A stretch of DNA of 54,572 bases. It comes from Alistipes sp. Its GTDB lineage: Bacteria > Bacteroidota > Bacteroidia > Bacteroidales > Rikenellaceae. A program made the translations under genes and the position numbers. The stretch is taken from the NCBI GenBank assembly GCA_045634765.1, contig JAZRAW010000067.1:1-54572 (forward strand). The letters are read 5' to 3'. This document shows positions 17,694 through 26,708 of this stretch, one piece after another; positions within the stretch are counted from its first letter, which is position 1; every line of letters starts with the position of its first letter. Below the pieces are notes generated by a model, which made no database searches, was not told the origin of the DNA, and saw only the letters and a list, made by a program, of their open reading frames with translations.

Positions 17694-19010
17694 CTAATAG
17701 TCTTGACTGAACAAGCGAAGACGCTTATCCAACTCGTCATACTGGTAGTCCGAAATCATCGACACGCAACCACGCAAGCCCTGACGCGAACTACCCGTAG
17801 GAGCGAGGGTGATAGCCGAGATACCGTAGTAGATGAGCTTGTTGATGAGCTGCTCGCCTGTCATATCCTTGTAGCCAAAGGTGAAGAAGAAGCCGTCCGA
17901 AACATCCTGATCGCAGTCCTTGTCGTAGACGATGTGGAAGCCGTTCTTAACCATAATCTCCTTAACCTTCTGCGCGCGGCGTGCATACTCGCGTGTGTGC
18001 TCAACATAATTGAGACGACCATCCGACGCTGCACGGAACATAGCAGCGAGGGCGTACTGCGCAGAGTGGGGAACACCCGACGACAACACGTAGAGGATGT
18101 TGAAGATGAAGTTACGGCGGAACTCACCATCGTTGCCATACTTCTCAGCGAAAGCCTCATAGCAACGCTCCGCGAGTGCGGGGTTCATAGCCACGATGGC
18201 GATACGCTGACCTGCGTATGAGAACATCTTCGAGCCTGACAAGAGGTGCAAGCAGTTGTTTGTATAGCGCGCTACAGAGGGCTGGTATGGCGCCTCGAAG
18301 GGCTTCGAGCGATCCTCGCGGAAGTCCATGTTGAGGTATGCCAAGTCCTCGACAACGATAACATCGTACTTAGTAGCCATGCGACCGATAATCTCCAACT
18401 CCTCCTCGTTGAGGCACATCCATGTTGGGTTGTTGGGGTTAGAGTATATCATACCGCTGATGCGACCCGATGAGAGCACCTCCTCAAGCTTCTCCTCAAG
18501 CTTCTTGCCGCGGTAGTCGATAACATCGAACGACTCGAAGCGAATACCCTGAACTTTGCACTGCGCCTTCTGCACAGGGAAGCCTGGGTCGATGAAGAGG
18601 ATGGTGTCGCGGTCCTTACGCATCTGGCTGAGTGCCATGAACGTAGCGAAAGCACCCTGCATAGAACCTACCGTAGGCACGATGCACACGGGAGGGATGT
18701 CAAGGTTGATGAAGGCCTTGATGAAGCGCGATGCCTCCTTTGTGAGGGGCTCGATACCTGTGATAAGGGGGTACTTAGAAGCCACACCTGCGAGCAACGC
18801 CTCGTGCTCCGCCTCGATACCAATCTGCTCGGCGGGAAGACCTGGCTCACCAATCTCCATGCGGATGTACTCCACACCCATCTTAGCCTCGATATCCTTA
18901 ACGACGCTAACGAACTGACGGATAGATGCCGCGCCAAGCTCCTTGGCGTTGCGGAGACCGTTGGCGATACAGATGTTGTCGACGGTCTGCTTATCTAATG
19001 GTCTATCCAT
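17694..19010 (-). CDS. PLP-dependent aminotransferase class I/II
   Basis: YSNPNNPT, VEDLAY, SGSKMFSYAGQR (PLP lysine). Start moved to ATG 19010 (MDRPLDK), just after the iorB stop. Confidence 0.9.
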   Translation of the reverse strand: MDRPLDKQTVDNICIANGLRNAKELGAASIRQFVSVVKDIEAKMGVEYIRMEIGEPGLPAEQIGIEAEHEALLAGVASKYPLITGIEPLTKEASRFIKAFINLDIPPVCIVPTVGSMQGAFATFMALSQMRKDRDTILFIDPGFPVQKAQCKVQGIRFESFDVIDYRGKKLEEKLEEVLSSGRISGMIYSNPNNPTWMCLNEEELEIIGRMATKYDVIVVEDLAYLNMDFREDRSKPFEAPYQPSVARYTNNCLHLLSGSKMFSYAGQRIAIVAMNPALAERCYEAFAEKYGNDGEFRRNFIFNILYVLSSGVPHSAQYALAAMFRAASDGRLNYVEHTREYARRAQKVKEIMVKNGFHIVYDKDCDQDVSDGFFFTFGYKDMTGEQLINKLIYYGISAITLAPTGSSRQGLRGCVSMISDYQYDELDKRLRLFSQDY

Positions 19011-19014
19011 GCTA

Positions 19015-19596
19015 TTACTTCTTAATTGAGTTTTCATAACCGGCACGTACTGCAGCAAGGTTCTTCTCGATAACCTCCTCACCCTTACGAGCGAAGATGC
19101 GACGTATACCTGCCTCAATCTTCTCATACTCTATGTCGAGCATGGGGATAGCAGCACCCAAGAGTACCATGTTTGCCGCCTGAAGGGGCGCACCCGCCTC
19201 CTTAGCCAACTCCTCAACGTTGAGTGACACGCAGTGTGGCAAAGCCGCGAGGTGAGCGTTGAGTTCCTCCTCTGCGGGGTAGTTAGGGATATTGATGAAG
19301 GGGACGTTTGATGTCACTACCCAGCCATCCTTCTTCAAGTACTGCAAGTAGCGCAACGCCTCCATAGGCTCCAAAGAGATGATGATGTCGGCACCACCCT
19401 TAGCGATGAGGTCAGATGCGATGGGCTCTGTAGAGAGACGCAAGTTACTCTGCACATCGCCACCACGCTGGCTCATACCGTGAACCTCAGCCTGCTTGAT
19501 GTTCCAACCCTCGGCCATGGCAGCCTCGCCGATGACCGTAGCAATCGACAGAATACCCTGTCCGCCGACGCCTGCCAAAATGATATCTTTCTTCAT
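19015..19596 (-). CDS. iorB: Indolepyruvate:ferredoxin oxidoreductase beta subunit
   Basis: GVGGQG, EVHGMSQRGG, ANMVLLGA. Confidence 0.93.
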   Translation of the reverse strand: MKKDIILAGVGGQGILSIATVIGEAAMAEGWNIKQAEVHGMSQRGGDVQSNLRLSTEPIASDLIAKGGADIIISLEPMEALRYLQYLKKDGWVVTSNVPFINIPNYPAEEELNAHLAALPHCVSLNVEELAKEAGAPLQAANMVLLGAAIPMLDIEYEKIEAGIRRIFARKGEEVIEKNLAAVRAGYENSIKK

Positions 19597-19631
19597 AATT
19601 GTTTCTTAGTTATATGTTAGCATTAGCGGAC

Positions 19632-21257
19632 TTACTCCTTCTTTGCAGCAGCTGCAGCGCGTGCCTTGGCGTGACGCTTAGCTGTCTGGATACACTCGCG
19701 GCGTGGGATGATGACTGATACACCATTGTACTCAATCTCCTCGCGCAAGATTGTCTTAATCTCCTCCATGTTCTTTGGTAGGGGCACCACAACGCGTACG
19801 TGCTCGGGCTTAACGCCTACACCACGGCAGATATCCTCAAGTTTACCTGTACCTGCAGAGTCCTGACCACCTGTCATACCTGTTGTGAGGTTATCCGAGA
19901 TTACGACAACAACATTTGCGTTAGAGTTAACGCAGTCCAACAAACCTGTCATACCTGAGTGAGTGAATGTAGAGTCGCCGATAACTGCGAATGCGGGGAA
20001 CTGACCTGCGTCAGCAGCACCCTTAGCCATGGTGATTGAAGCACCCATCTCTACGCAGGCGTGCAATGCCTGGAATGGGGGCAATGCGCCGAGTGTGTAG
20101 CAGCCGATATCACCGAAGATGCGGGGATTCTCATACTCCGCAGCAACCTCGTTCAACGCCTTGTACATATCGCGGTGACCGCAACCCTGGCACAATGCGG
20201 GTGGACGTGCTACAACGATATCGTCTGCCTCGAGGTTCTCCAAAGCCTCCATACCCAACGACTTGCGTACGCTGTCGGGGTTGAGCTCGCCAACGCGTGG
20301 GAGGTCACCTGTCAAGCGGCCCTTAACTGCCACTGTAGAGGGCACAATAGCGCGTACCATCTCCTCAACAACGGGCTGACCCTCCTCCATAACGAGAATC
20401 TCCTTTGCGCCATCAGCAACCATCTTCTCGATAAGCTCCACGGGCAATGGATACTGTGCAACCTTAAGCACGCTACGCTCCTCGCAGTTTGCAGCGTTCT
20501 CCATGTAGTAGTTGTATGCGATACCTGTGCAGATTACGCCAAGCTCGGGGTTAGTACCCTTGCGGTAGCAGTTGTACTTCGACTCCAAGGATGCCTTCAT
20601 AAGGTCATCCTGCTGAGCCAAGAGCTGCACATAGCGCTTCTTTGCGAATGCGGGCAACAAAATCCATGTGCGCACATCCTCAGGACGGTTAATCTCGTTC
20701 TGCTTGCGTGGCTCCTCAGTTACGTTAACCACGGCGCGAGAGTGTGCCATGCGGGTTGTTACGCGCATCAACACGGGCAACTTAACAGCCTCCGAGAGCT
20801 CGAATGCTGCGCGTGTCATGTCGTAAGCCTCCTGCTGGTTCGAGGGCTCGAAGATAGGCATCATGGCGAACTTACCATAGAAGCGTGAGTCCTGCTCGTT
20901 CTGTGATGAGTGCATAGATGGGTCGTCAGCAGCGACTACAACCAAACCACCATTAACGCCTGTCATAGCAGAGTTTACGAATGGGTCGGCAGCAACGTTC
21001 ATACCGACGTGCTTCATGCACACCAGAGCACGCTTGCCCATGTACGACATACCGAGAGCACCCTCCATAGCGGTCTTCTCGTTAGTAGCCCAGCGGCAGC
21101 AGATCTTGTTCTCTGCATCACCGCGCTTCTCCTCGCGGAGCTGAATAAATTCTGTAATTTCGGTTGAAGGCGTTCCGGGGTAAGCGTAGACACCCGATAG
21201 ACCAGAGTCGATAGCGGCCTGTGCAATAGCCTCGTCACCGAGAAGTAGTTTTCTCAT
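19632..21257 (-). CDS. iorA: Indolepyruvate:ferredoxin oxidoreductase alpha subunit
   Basis: LLGDEAIA, YPGTPSTE, MKHVGMNVA, SSQNEQD, RPPALCQGCGH, GDSTFTHSG (TPP binding). TAACTTTG promoter at 21314-21321. Confidence 0.93.
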   Translation of the reverse strand: MRKLLLGDEAIAQAAIDSGLSGVYAYPGTPSTEITEFIQLREEKRGDAENKICCRWATNEKTAMEGALGMSYMGKRALVCMKHVGMNVAADPFVNSAMTGVNGGLVVVAADDPSMHSSQNEQDSRFYGKFAMMPIFEPSNQQEAYDMTRAAFELSEAVKLPVLMRVTTRMAHSRAVVNVTEEPRKQNEINRPEDVRTWILLPAFAKKRYVQLLAQQDDLMKASLESKYNCYRKGTNPELGVICTGIAYNYYMENAANCEERSVLKVAQYPLPVELIEKMVADGAKEILVMEEGQPVVEEMVRAIVPSTVAVKGRLTGDLPRVGELNPDSVRKSLGMEALENLEADDIVVARPPALCQGCGHRDMYKALNEVAAEYENPRIFGDIGCYTLGALPPFQALHACVEMGASITMAKGAADAGQFPAFAVIGDSTFTHSGMTGLLDCVNSNANVVVVISDNLTTGMTGGQDSAGTGKLEDICRGVGVKPEHVRVVVPLPKNMEEIKTILREEIEYNGVSVIIPRRECIQTAKRHAKARAAAAAKKE

Positions 21258-21385
21258 ATTAGTATAGTTTTTAGGTTTGTGATCTAAATTTGTTATGCAC
21301 TATTTCGCATCTTCAAAGTTAAGCAAAATTTTTCAAACAGCGAAATATTTTTCTCTCTTTATAGAGATTTCCAAAGACAAAACAC

Positions 21386-21415
21386 AAAAAAGGGACACAG
21401 CACAGCTGCATCCCT
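21386..21415 (-). terminator. Intrinsic terminator after the YD-repeat gene
   Basis: aggga..cagc / gctg..tccct stem with T6 on the - strand. Confidence 0.55.
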
Positions 21416-21434
21416 CAATCGTATATGAATAGCA

Positions 21435-22427
21435 CTACTCGTAGTACTCTATGTCGAATGTCACCACATCTATCGCCGAATAACCGCCTGGTGTAGTTAC
21501 CATCTTCGTAACATTACCCATGCTGTCAAGCTCCATTTCCACGCGGCGAACAAACTCATTATTACCGTTATAACGCATTACAACGAGATATGTACCATCC
21601 TCATTATAGGTATACTCCTCAACATAGTCCACATCATAGCCTTTGGTACGCACAACACGCTCTACCCTATCAGGAGCGCTATACTTAATATCGAGACTAT
21701 ATACCATATTGGTATCATGCATGTACTCCTTCCTAACCAAATTACCATACTCATCATACCTCAAGACCTGGGTCACAATCCAATTTTGACCCTTATCCAT
21801 ATGCGTGACCATCCTAAGTCGACTCTCATCATCATAATCGTAAAGCGTGACACAATCACCACAACCTGTAATCGAACGACTCATGACATTGCCATCAGCA
21901 TCATAGAGGTAGTTGAAGTAGTACCTATCATCGGTAAGGTAGCCATTATCGCAGAGATATATCGCAGAGAGCATCCCCCTCCTATTACTCTCTGCCAAAA
22001 GAGACTCACGACAACCATCTTCGGAGAAGTCAAAGGCTATAACCTCTCCACGCTCATCGAAACATTGTATAAAAAGTCCCGACTCATCCATATCGTATGA
22101 AAATATGCGTCGACCGGCATCATCATAGGTATACTCACTGGTTAATGAGGTAACAACATTGCCATCTACATTGCGGAATACGATATGAGTAGCATCACCC
22201 TCGCGGTTGAACTCATAGCTCACCTCCTCACCATTACACTTCGCTACGACACTCTTCACATCACCCACCAATCTGTGACGCTCAAAGTTGGTCGCCCTAT
22301 CGATATATCCACAATTCGCTCTGTACACACCATCATCACCTGGCAAATGCACCCAATGTGTCCACTGAGCAGACAAAGCAACAGGCAGAGCAACAAAGAT
22401 TGATATCAAAAGTAAAATTCTCCTCAT
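21435..22427 (-). CDS. Secreted YD-repeat (RHS-like beta-hairpin) protein
   Basis: Signal peptide MRRILLLISIFVALPVALSA; LVGDVKSV; recurring YEFNREG, YTYDDAG, YLYDADG, YDEYGN, YTYNEDG. Alternative start at 22439. Confidence 0.7.
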   Translation of the reverse strand: MRRILLLISIFVALPVALSAQWTHWVHLPGDDGVYRANCGYIDRATNFERHRLVGDVKSVVAKCNGEEVSYEFNREGDATHIVFRNVDGNVVTSLTSEYTYDDAGRRIFSYDMDESGLFIQCFDERGEVIAFDFSEDGCRESLLAESNRRGMLSAIYLCDNGYLTDDRYYFNYLYDADGNVMSRSITGCGDCVTLYDYDDESRLRMVTHMDKGQNWIVTQVLRYDEYGNLVRKEYMHDTNMVYSLDIKYSAPDRVERVVRTKGYDVDYVEEYTYNEDGTYLVVMRYNGNNEFVRRVEMELDSMGNVTKMVTTPGGYSAIDVVTFDIEYYE

Positions 22428-22448
22428 AACACCATACATGTAAATATA

Positions 22449-23102
22449 TTAAAGCTTCTCACCATATGCCAAGTCGCCAGCATCGCCAATGCCTGGCACG
22501 ATGTACGACTTAGATGTAAGCTCCTGATCTACAGCAGCGCACCACAATGTGCACTTCTCCGAGTTGCAGTGACGCTTAACATAGTCCACACCCTGCTCCG
22601 AGGCAAATACCGCAGCGAAATGTGTATGGTCAGGCTCACCAGCACGACGTATAAGAGCGTCGTAGACGAGCATCAACGATGTTCCCGTAGCAAGCATGGG
22701 GTCTACCAAGATAAGTGTCTTACCCGAGAGCGAAGATGTCGAGACGTACTCAACATCGACGATAAACGAACCATCGGGGCGACTCTTGCGATATGCCGAC
22801 ACGAAGCCACTCTCAGCATTATCGAAGTAGTTGAGGAAACCCTGGTGGAAGGGCAATCCCGCACGCAGGATGGTAGCTACCACAATCTTATCCGAAATCT
22901 CCTCCACAGCCGCAACGCCAAGGGGCGTCTCCACCATGCGCGTCTTATATTTTAGGTTCTTTGATATCTCATATGCCATAATCTCACCCGCACGCTCCAT
23001 ATTACGACGGAAGCGCATCGAATCCTTCTGCACACTCTTATCGCGCATCTGCGAGAGGAATCTATTGAGTATAGAGTTCTCCTGGTTCAATATCTTTACC
23101 AT
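22449..23102 (-). CDS. upp: Uracil phosphoribosyltransferase
   Basis: ILRAG, DPMLATGTS, YIVPGIGDAGD. Confidence 0.95.
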   Translation of the reverse strand: MVKILNQENSILNRFLSQMRDKSVQKDSMRFRRNMERAGEIMAYEISKNLKYKTRMVETPLGVAAVEEISDKIVVATILRAGLPFHQGFLNYFDNAESGFVSAYRKSRPDGSFIVDVEYVSTSSLSGKTLILVDPMLATGTSLMLVYDALIRRAGEPDHTHFAAVFASEQGVDYVKRHCNSEKCTLWCAAVDQELTSKSYIVPGIGDAGDLAYGEKL

Positions 23103-23129
23103 AACTATATCTTATTAATAATTAATGCT

Positions 23130-24362
23130 TTAGTATAAGAAGTTGTTAAATGGGTAGCGTCCTGCGTGTATCTCGCGCACCATGCCGTAGAGGTCAGAGC
23201 GAAGCTTGTCAACTCCCACCTTATCGCGCGCCGAGATAAAGATACATGGCGTGTTAGCCTTTGCTATCCAGCTCTTCTTGAGGTCATCGAGCGACATATT
23301 CTCCTTCGTTGCGGGGGTGAGGTCATCCTCCTCCTTGGGCGTGTATGTGTAGGCATCAATCTTATTGAAGACCAAGAACGTAGGCTTATCACCCGCACCA
23401 ATATCTGCAAGCGTCTGCTTAACAACAGCAATCTGGTCCTCGAAGCCTGGGTGCGAAATATCTACAACATGGAGCAACAAGTCTGCCTCACGCACCTCAT
23501 CCAACGTAGATTTAAACGACTCTATAAGCTCAGTGGGGAGCTTACGAATGAAGCCTACGGTATCGGACATCAAGAAGGGAAGGTTATCAAAGACAACCTT
23601 ACGCACCGTAGTATCGAGTGTCGCAAAGAGTTTATTCTCAGCAAACACCTCACTCTTAGAGAGCAGGTTCATCAGCGTTGACTTACCCACATTGGTATAT
23701 CCCACCAACGCCACGCGCACCATCTGTCCACGATTGGAGCGCTGCACAGCCATCTGACGGTCAATCTTTTTGAGGTCCTCCTTGAGTTTCGATATGCGGT
23801 TGCGCACAATACGGCGGTCGGTCTCAATCTCGCGCTCACCAGCACCACCACGCGTACCTGTACCACCACGCTGACGCTCAAGGTGCGTCCACATACCTGC
23901 AAGGCGTGGCAACATATACTCATGCTGAGCCAACTCAACCTGTGTCTTTGCGTATGCTGTCTGCGCTCGCGACATGAAGATGTCGAGAATCAAGCGCGTA
24001 CGGTCCATGATGCGGCAGGGCATGACCTGCTCAATGTTGCGTGTCTGCGCTGGCGAGAGTTCGTCATCAAATATTGCCACGTCAATCTCATTCTCTTTGC
24101 ACCACTCGGCAATCTCTTCAAGTTTACCAGGGCCTACATATATCTTTGATAGTGGCTGTGGCAGACGCTGCGTGAAGCGCTTCACCGACTTTATGTTTGC
24201 AGTCTCGGCCAAGAACTCCAACTCATCGAGATACTCCACCGCCGTAGCGGGGTTTTGGCTATCGCGAATTACGGCAACGAGCACCGCTCGCGTCTCGCGC
24301 TCCTCGACAGTGGGCAATGGCTCCTCACGGCGCTGCTTTATACTTACCTTATCCTCTTTCAT
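23130..24362 (-). CDS. hflX: Ribosome-splitting GTPase HflX
   Basis: GYTNVGKST, LFATLDTT, DTVGFIRKLP, NKID. Confidence 0.96.
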   Translation of the reverse strand: MKEDKVSIKQRREEPLPTVEERETRAVLVAVIRDSQNPATAVEYLDELEFLAETANIKSVKRFTQRLPQPLSKIYVGPGKLEEIAEWCKENEIDVAIFDDELSPAQTRNIEQVMPCRIMDRTRLILDIFMSRAQTAYAKTQVELAQHEYMLPRLAGMWTHLERQRGGTGTRGGAGEREIETDRRIVRNRISKLKEDLKKIDRQMAVQRSNRGQMVRVALVGYTNVGKSTLMNLLSKSEVFAENKLFATLDTTVRKVVFDNLPFLMSDTVGFIRKLPTELIESFKSTLDEVREADLLLHVVDISHPGFEDQIAVVKQTLADIGAGDKPTFLVFNKIDAYTYTPKEEDDLTPATKENMSLDDLKKSWIAKANTPCIFISARDKVGVDKLRSDLYGMVREIHAGRYPFNNFLY

Positions 24363-24387
24363 CTATTATCTATACCTTATATATAAT

Positions 24388-24425
24388 AAGTAACGCACGA
24401 CAACATACCCGTTCGTGCGTTACTT
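24388..24425 (-). terminator. Hairpin after tonB
   Basis: Perfect 13-bp inverted repeat aagtaacgcacga/tcgtgcgttactt between the tonB stop and the hflX start. Confidence 0.6.
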
Positions 24426-24449
24426 GTGTTACATTTTCAACGATTCTCG

Positions 24450-25151
24450 TTAGTTCTGGATAGCGAACCTTACGGGCAATGTGAATGATACCTTTACAGC
24501 CTTACCACGCTGCTTACCAGGCTTCCAGCCCTTCTTAAGCTTGTTAGCCTCCTCGAGTACTGCGATTGTAGCATCCGAAAGGGTCTTATCGGGAGACTGA
24601 AGCACTCGGAAGTTTGACATCTTGCCATCGGGGCCTACAACGAACTGTACAACCACGTTACCCTGGATACCATTCTCAAGAGCAATCTGAGGATACTTTA
24701 CGTGTGACTGAACCCAGTTACGGAACTCTGGAAGACCACCACCCTGGAATGTAGGCATCTCCTCTACGGTTACGAAGATCTCCTCCTCCTCGATCTCCTC
24801 CTCCTTCTCCTCGATTACGATATCGAAGTCGTCGAAATCATCTGCGTCATCAGTAAAGACGATATTTGTCTCGATCTTCTGATCGTTAGACACGATGTTA
24901 AGCACATCTGTTACCACCTGTGCCTGTGCCTTCTGGGGCTGCACCTCGGGCTCTGGCATATCCTGACGAGTGTTGTCAATCTGCTCTACCTCAGTTGTCT
25001 CAGGTTTTGGAGGAGTATACTCGCCATTGTTTACCTCTGATGAAGACATAAATGCGATGCCAACAGCACCCAATGCAATCGCTAAACCCACAAGCAAGAA
25101 CAAAAGTCTGTACGATTGAAGGTTAACGTGTGGAGATTTTTTTACTTCCAT
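24450..25151 (-). CDS. tonB: Energy transducer TonB
   Basis: MEVKKSP, single TM segment, acidic linker, VEEMPTFQGG, YPQIALENGIQGNV, WKPGKQRGKAVKV. TATCTTTG promoter at 25254-25261. Confidence 0.92.
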   Translation of the reverse strand: MEVKKSPHVNLQSYRLLFLLVGLAIALGAVGIAFMSSSEVNNGEYTPPKPETTEVEQIDNTRQDMPEPEVQPQKAQAQVVTDVLNIVSNDQKIETNIVFTDDADDFDDFDIVIEEKEEEIEEEEIFVTVEEMPTFQGGGLPEFRNWVQSHVKYPQIALENGIQGNVVVQFVVGPDGKMSNFRVLQSPDKTLSDATIAVLEEANKLKKGWKPGKQRGKAVKVSFTLPVRFAIQN

Positions 25152-25658
25152 GTAATTATATTTTTTTAGTTTTTAATTACTTACGCCATTGTCGAGGCTA
25201 TAAATCGCCACGACGGGTGAAATGCACGCGCACAATGTGCACACTACACTACGCAAAGATATACATAAAATTCGAAAAAAAATCATTTTGAACAGAAAAA
25301 AATACTATTTTTTATCAAATTTATAGTGGTGATGCAATTTCAACTACCTCACTCCCCAGAGAAAGCATGAGCATCACTTCGCAAAAAACAACCATATACA
25401 AGCAGACTAAACCATATATATTCCCCGGATAATGCAACAATAATTGGATGTGCAGCATTCAACGGATATAAGATTCTGTATTATATTCATAAGGAGTGAT
25501 GCACGGCCATAGAGATACCCAAATAGACTGCATGGGTCATATAGCAAGAGTATATCTAAACCCGCTATATGACCCTATTTTATAGACATTTGCATTGTCA
25601 TGTTTCACTATTTCGGTTTTTTTATTAATTTTGTAGTCGGTAAAGTAGTTGAAAACCC

Positions 25659-26687
25659 ATGACAAAGAATACAAAGCCCTGCCTCTATGGCTCCTCTCTT
25701 GAGGAGTTAAAGGCTCTGTGTAAGGAACTTGAGCTTCCGCAGTTTGCTGCCAAGCAGATTGCAGGATGGCTATATACGCGCTTCGTGACAGACATCGACG
25801 GCATGACAAACCTGTCGAAAGTAGCTCGTGAGCGCCTCAAGGAGCGTTGCCAGCTCGGCCTCTCCGCACCCCTCAAAGTGTCAACATCCGCCGACGGCAC
25901 CAAGAAGTATCTCTTCGCCACCTCGGAGGGCGAGTACATAGAGTCCGCCCTTATCCCCGATGGCGAGCGTATGACGCTCTGCGTATCGTCGCAGGCGGGT
26001 TGCAAAATGGGTTGTAAATTCTGCGCTACGGGTCGCATGGGCTTTAGACACCACCTCCCCGCTACGGAGATTATAAACCAGATTCTCTCCATTCCCGAGC
26101 GCGACAAGCTCACCAACCTTGTATTTATGGGCATGGGCGAGCCCCTCGACAACATCGACAACCTTATGCGCACGCTCGACATCCTCACCTCGGAGTGGGG
26201 CATGGCGTGGTCACCTACGCGCATCACCGTCTCTACTGCGGGCGTTGCCAAGACACTCCCCCGCCTACTCGATGAGTCGAAGGTACATATTGCAGTCTCA
26301 CTGCACAACCCCTTCCCCGAGGAGCGCAAGGAGATTATGCCCATCGAGAACGCATACTCTATTAAGGAGGTGTGCGACATCTTGCGTCGCTACGACTTTA
26401 CGCACCAGCGCCGCGTCTCGTTCGAGTATATCGTCTTGGAGGGAATGAACTGCTCGTTCCGCCATATCAAGGAGCTCTCGCGCCTACTCGACGGCATCAA
26501 GTGTCGCATCAACCTTATCCGCTTCCACAAGATTCCCGACTCGCCATTCTTCTCTCCCGACCTTGAGAAGATTATCGAGTTCCGCGACACGCTAACCAAG
26601 CGCGGCATACAGACCACTCTGCGTGCATCGCGTGGCGAGGACATCGAGGCGGCATGCGGACTACTATCAACTGCTGAAAAGAGGTAA
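25659..26687 (+). CDS. rlmN: 23S rRNA m2A2503 / tRNA methyltransferase (radical SAM)
   Basis: CVSSQAGCKMGCKFC, MGMGEP, DIEAACG. TAATTTTG promoter at 25626-25633. Confidence 0.96.
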   Translation: MTKNTKPCLYGSSLEELKALCKELELPQFAAKQIAGWLYTRFVTDIDGMTNLSKVARERLKERCQLGLSAPLKVSTSADGTKKYLFATSEGEYIESALIPDGERMTLCVSSQAGCKMGCKFCATGRMGFRHHLPATEIINQILSIPERDKLTNLVFMGMGEPLDNIDNLMRTLDILTSEWGMAWSPTRITVSTAGVAKTLPRLLDESKVHIAVSLHNPFPEERKEIMPIENAYSIKEVCDILRRYDFTHQRRVSFEYIVLEGMNCSFRHIKELSRLLDGIKCRINLIRFHKIPDSPFFSPDLEKIIEFRDTLTKRGIQTTLRASRGEDIEAACGLLSTAEKR

Positions 26688-26708
26688 TCATCTAAGGCAC
26701 AATCGGTT

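Noticed and set aside
19011-19127. N-terminal extension of the aminotransferase ORF in the track
   Set aside because: It overlaps iorB by more than 100 bp. ATG 19010 just after the iorB stop is the more plausible start.
20061-20888. Long antisense ORFs (275 aa here; also 25685-26380, 32505-33224, 51324-51980, 52045-52674)
   Set aside because: They are shadows of well-supported genes, expected from biased codon usage, and have no recognisable motifs or promoters.
21435-22439. RHS polymorphic toxin
   Set aside because: Too short, with no PxxxxDPxG cleavage motif, toxin domain, immunity gene or secretion genes.
25152-25658. 500-bp AT-rich gap between tonB and rlmN, including ORF 25537-25809
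   Set aside because: Explained largely by divergent promoters. Only small hairpins are present, with no convincing ORF, repeat or RNA.
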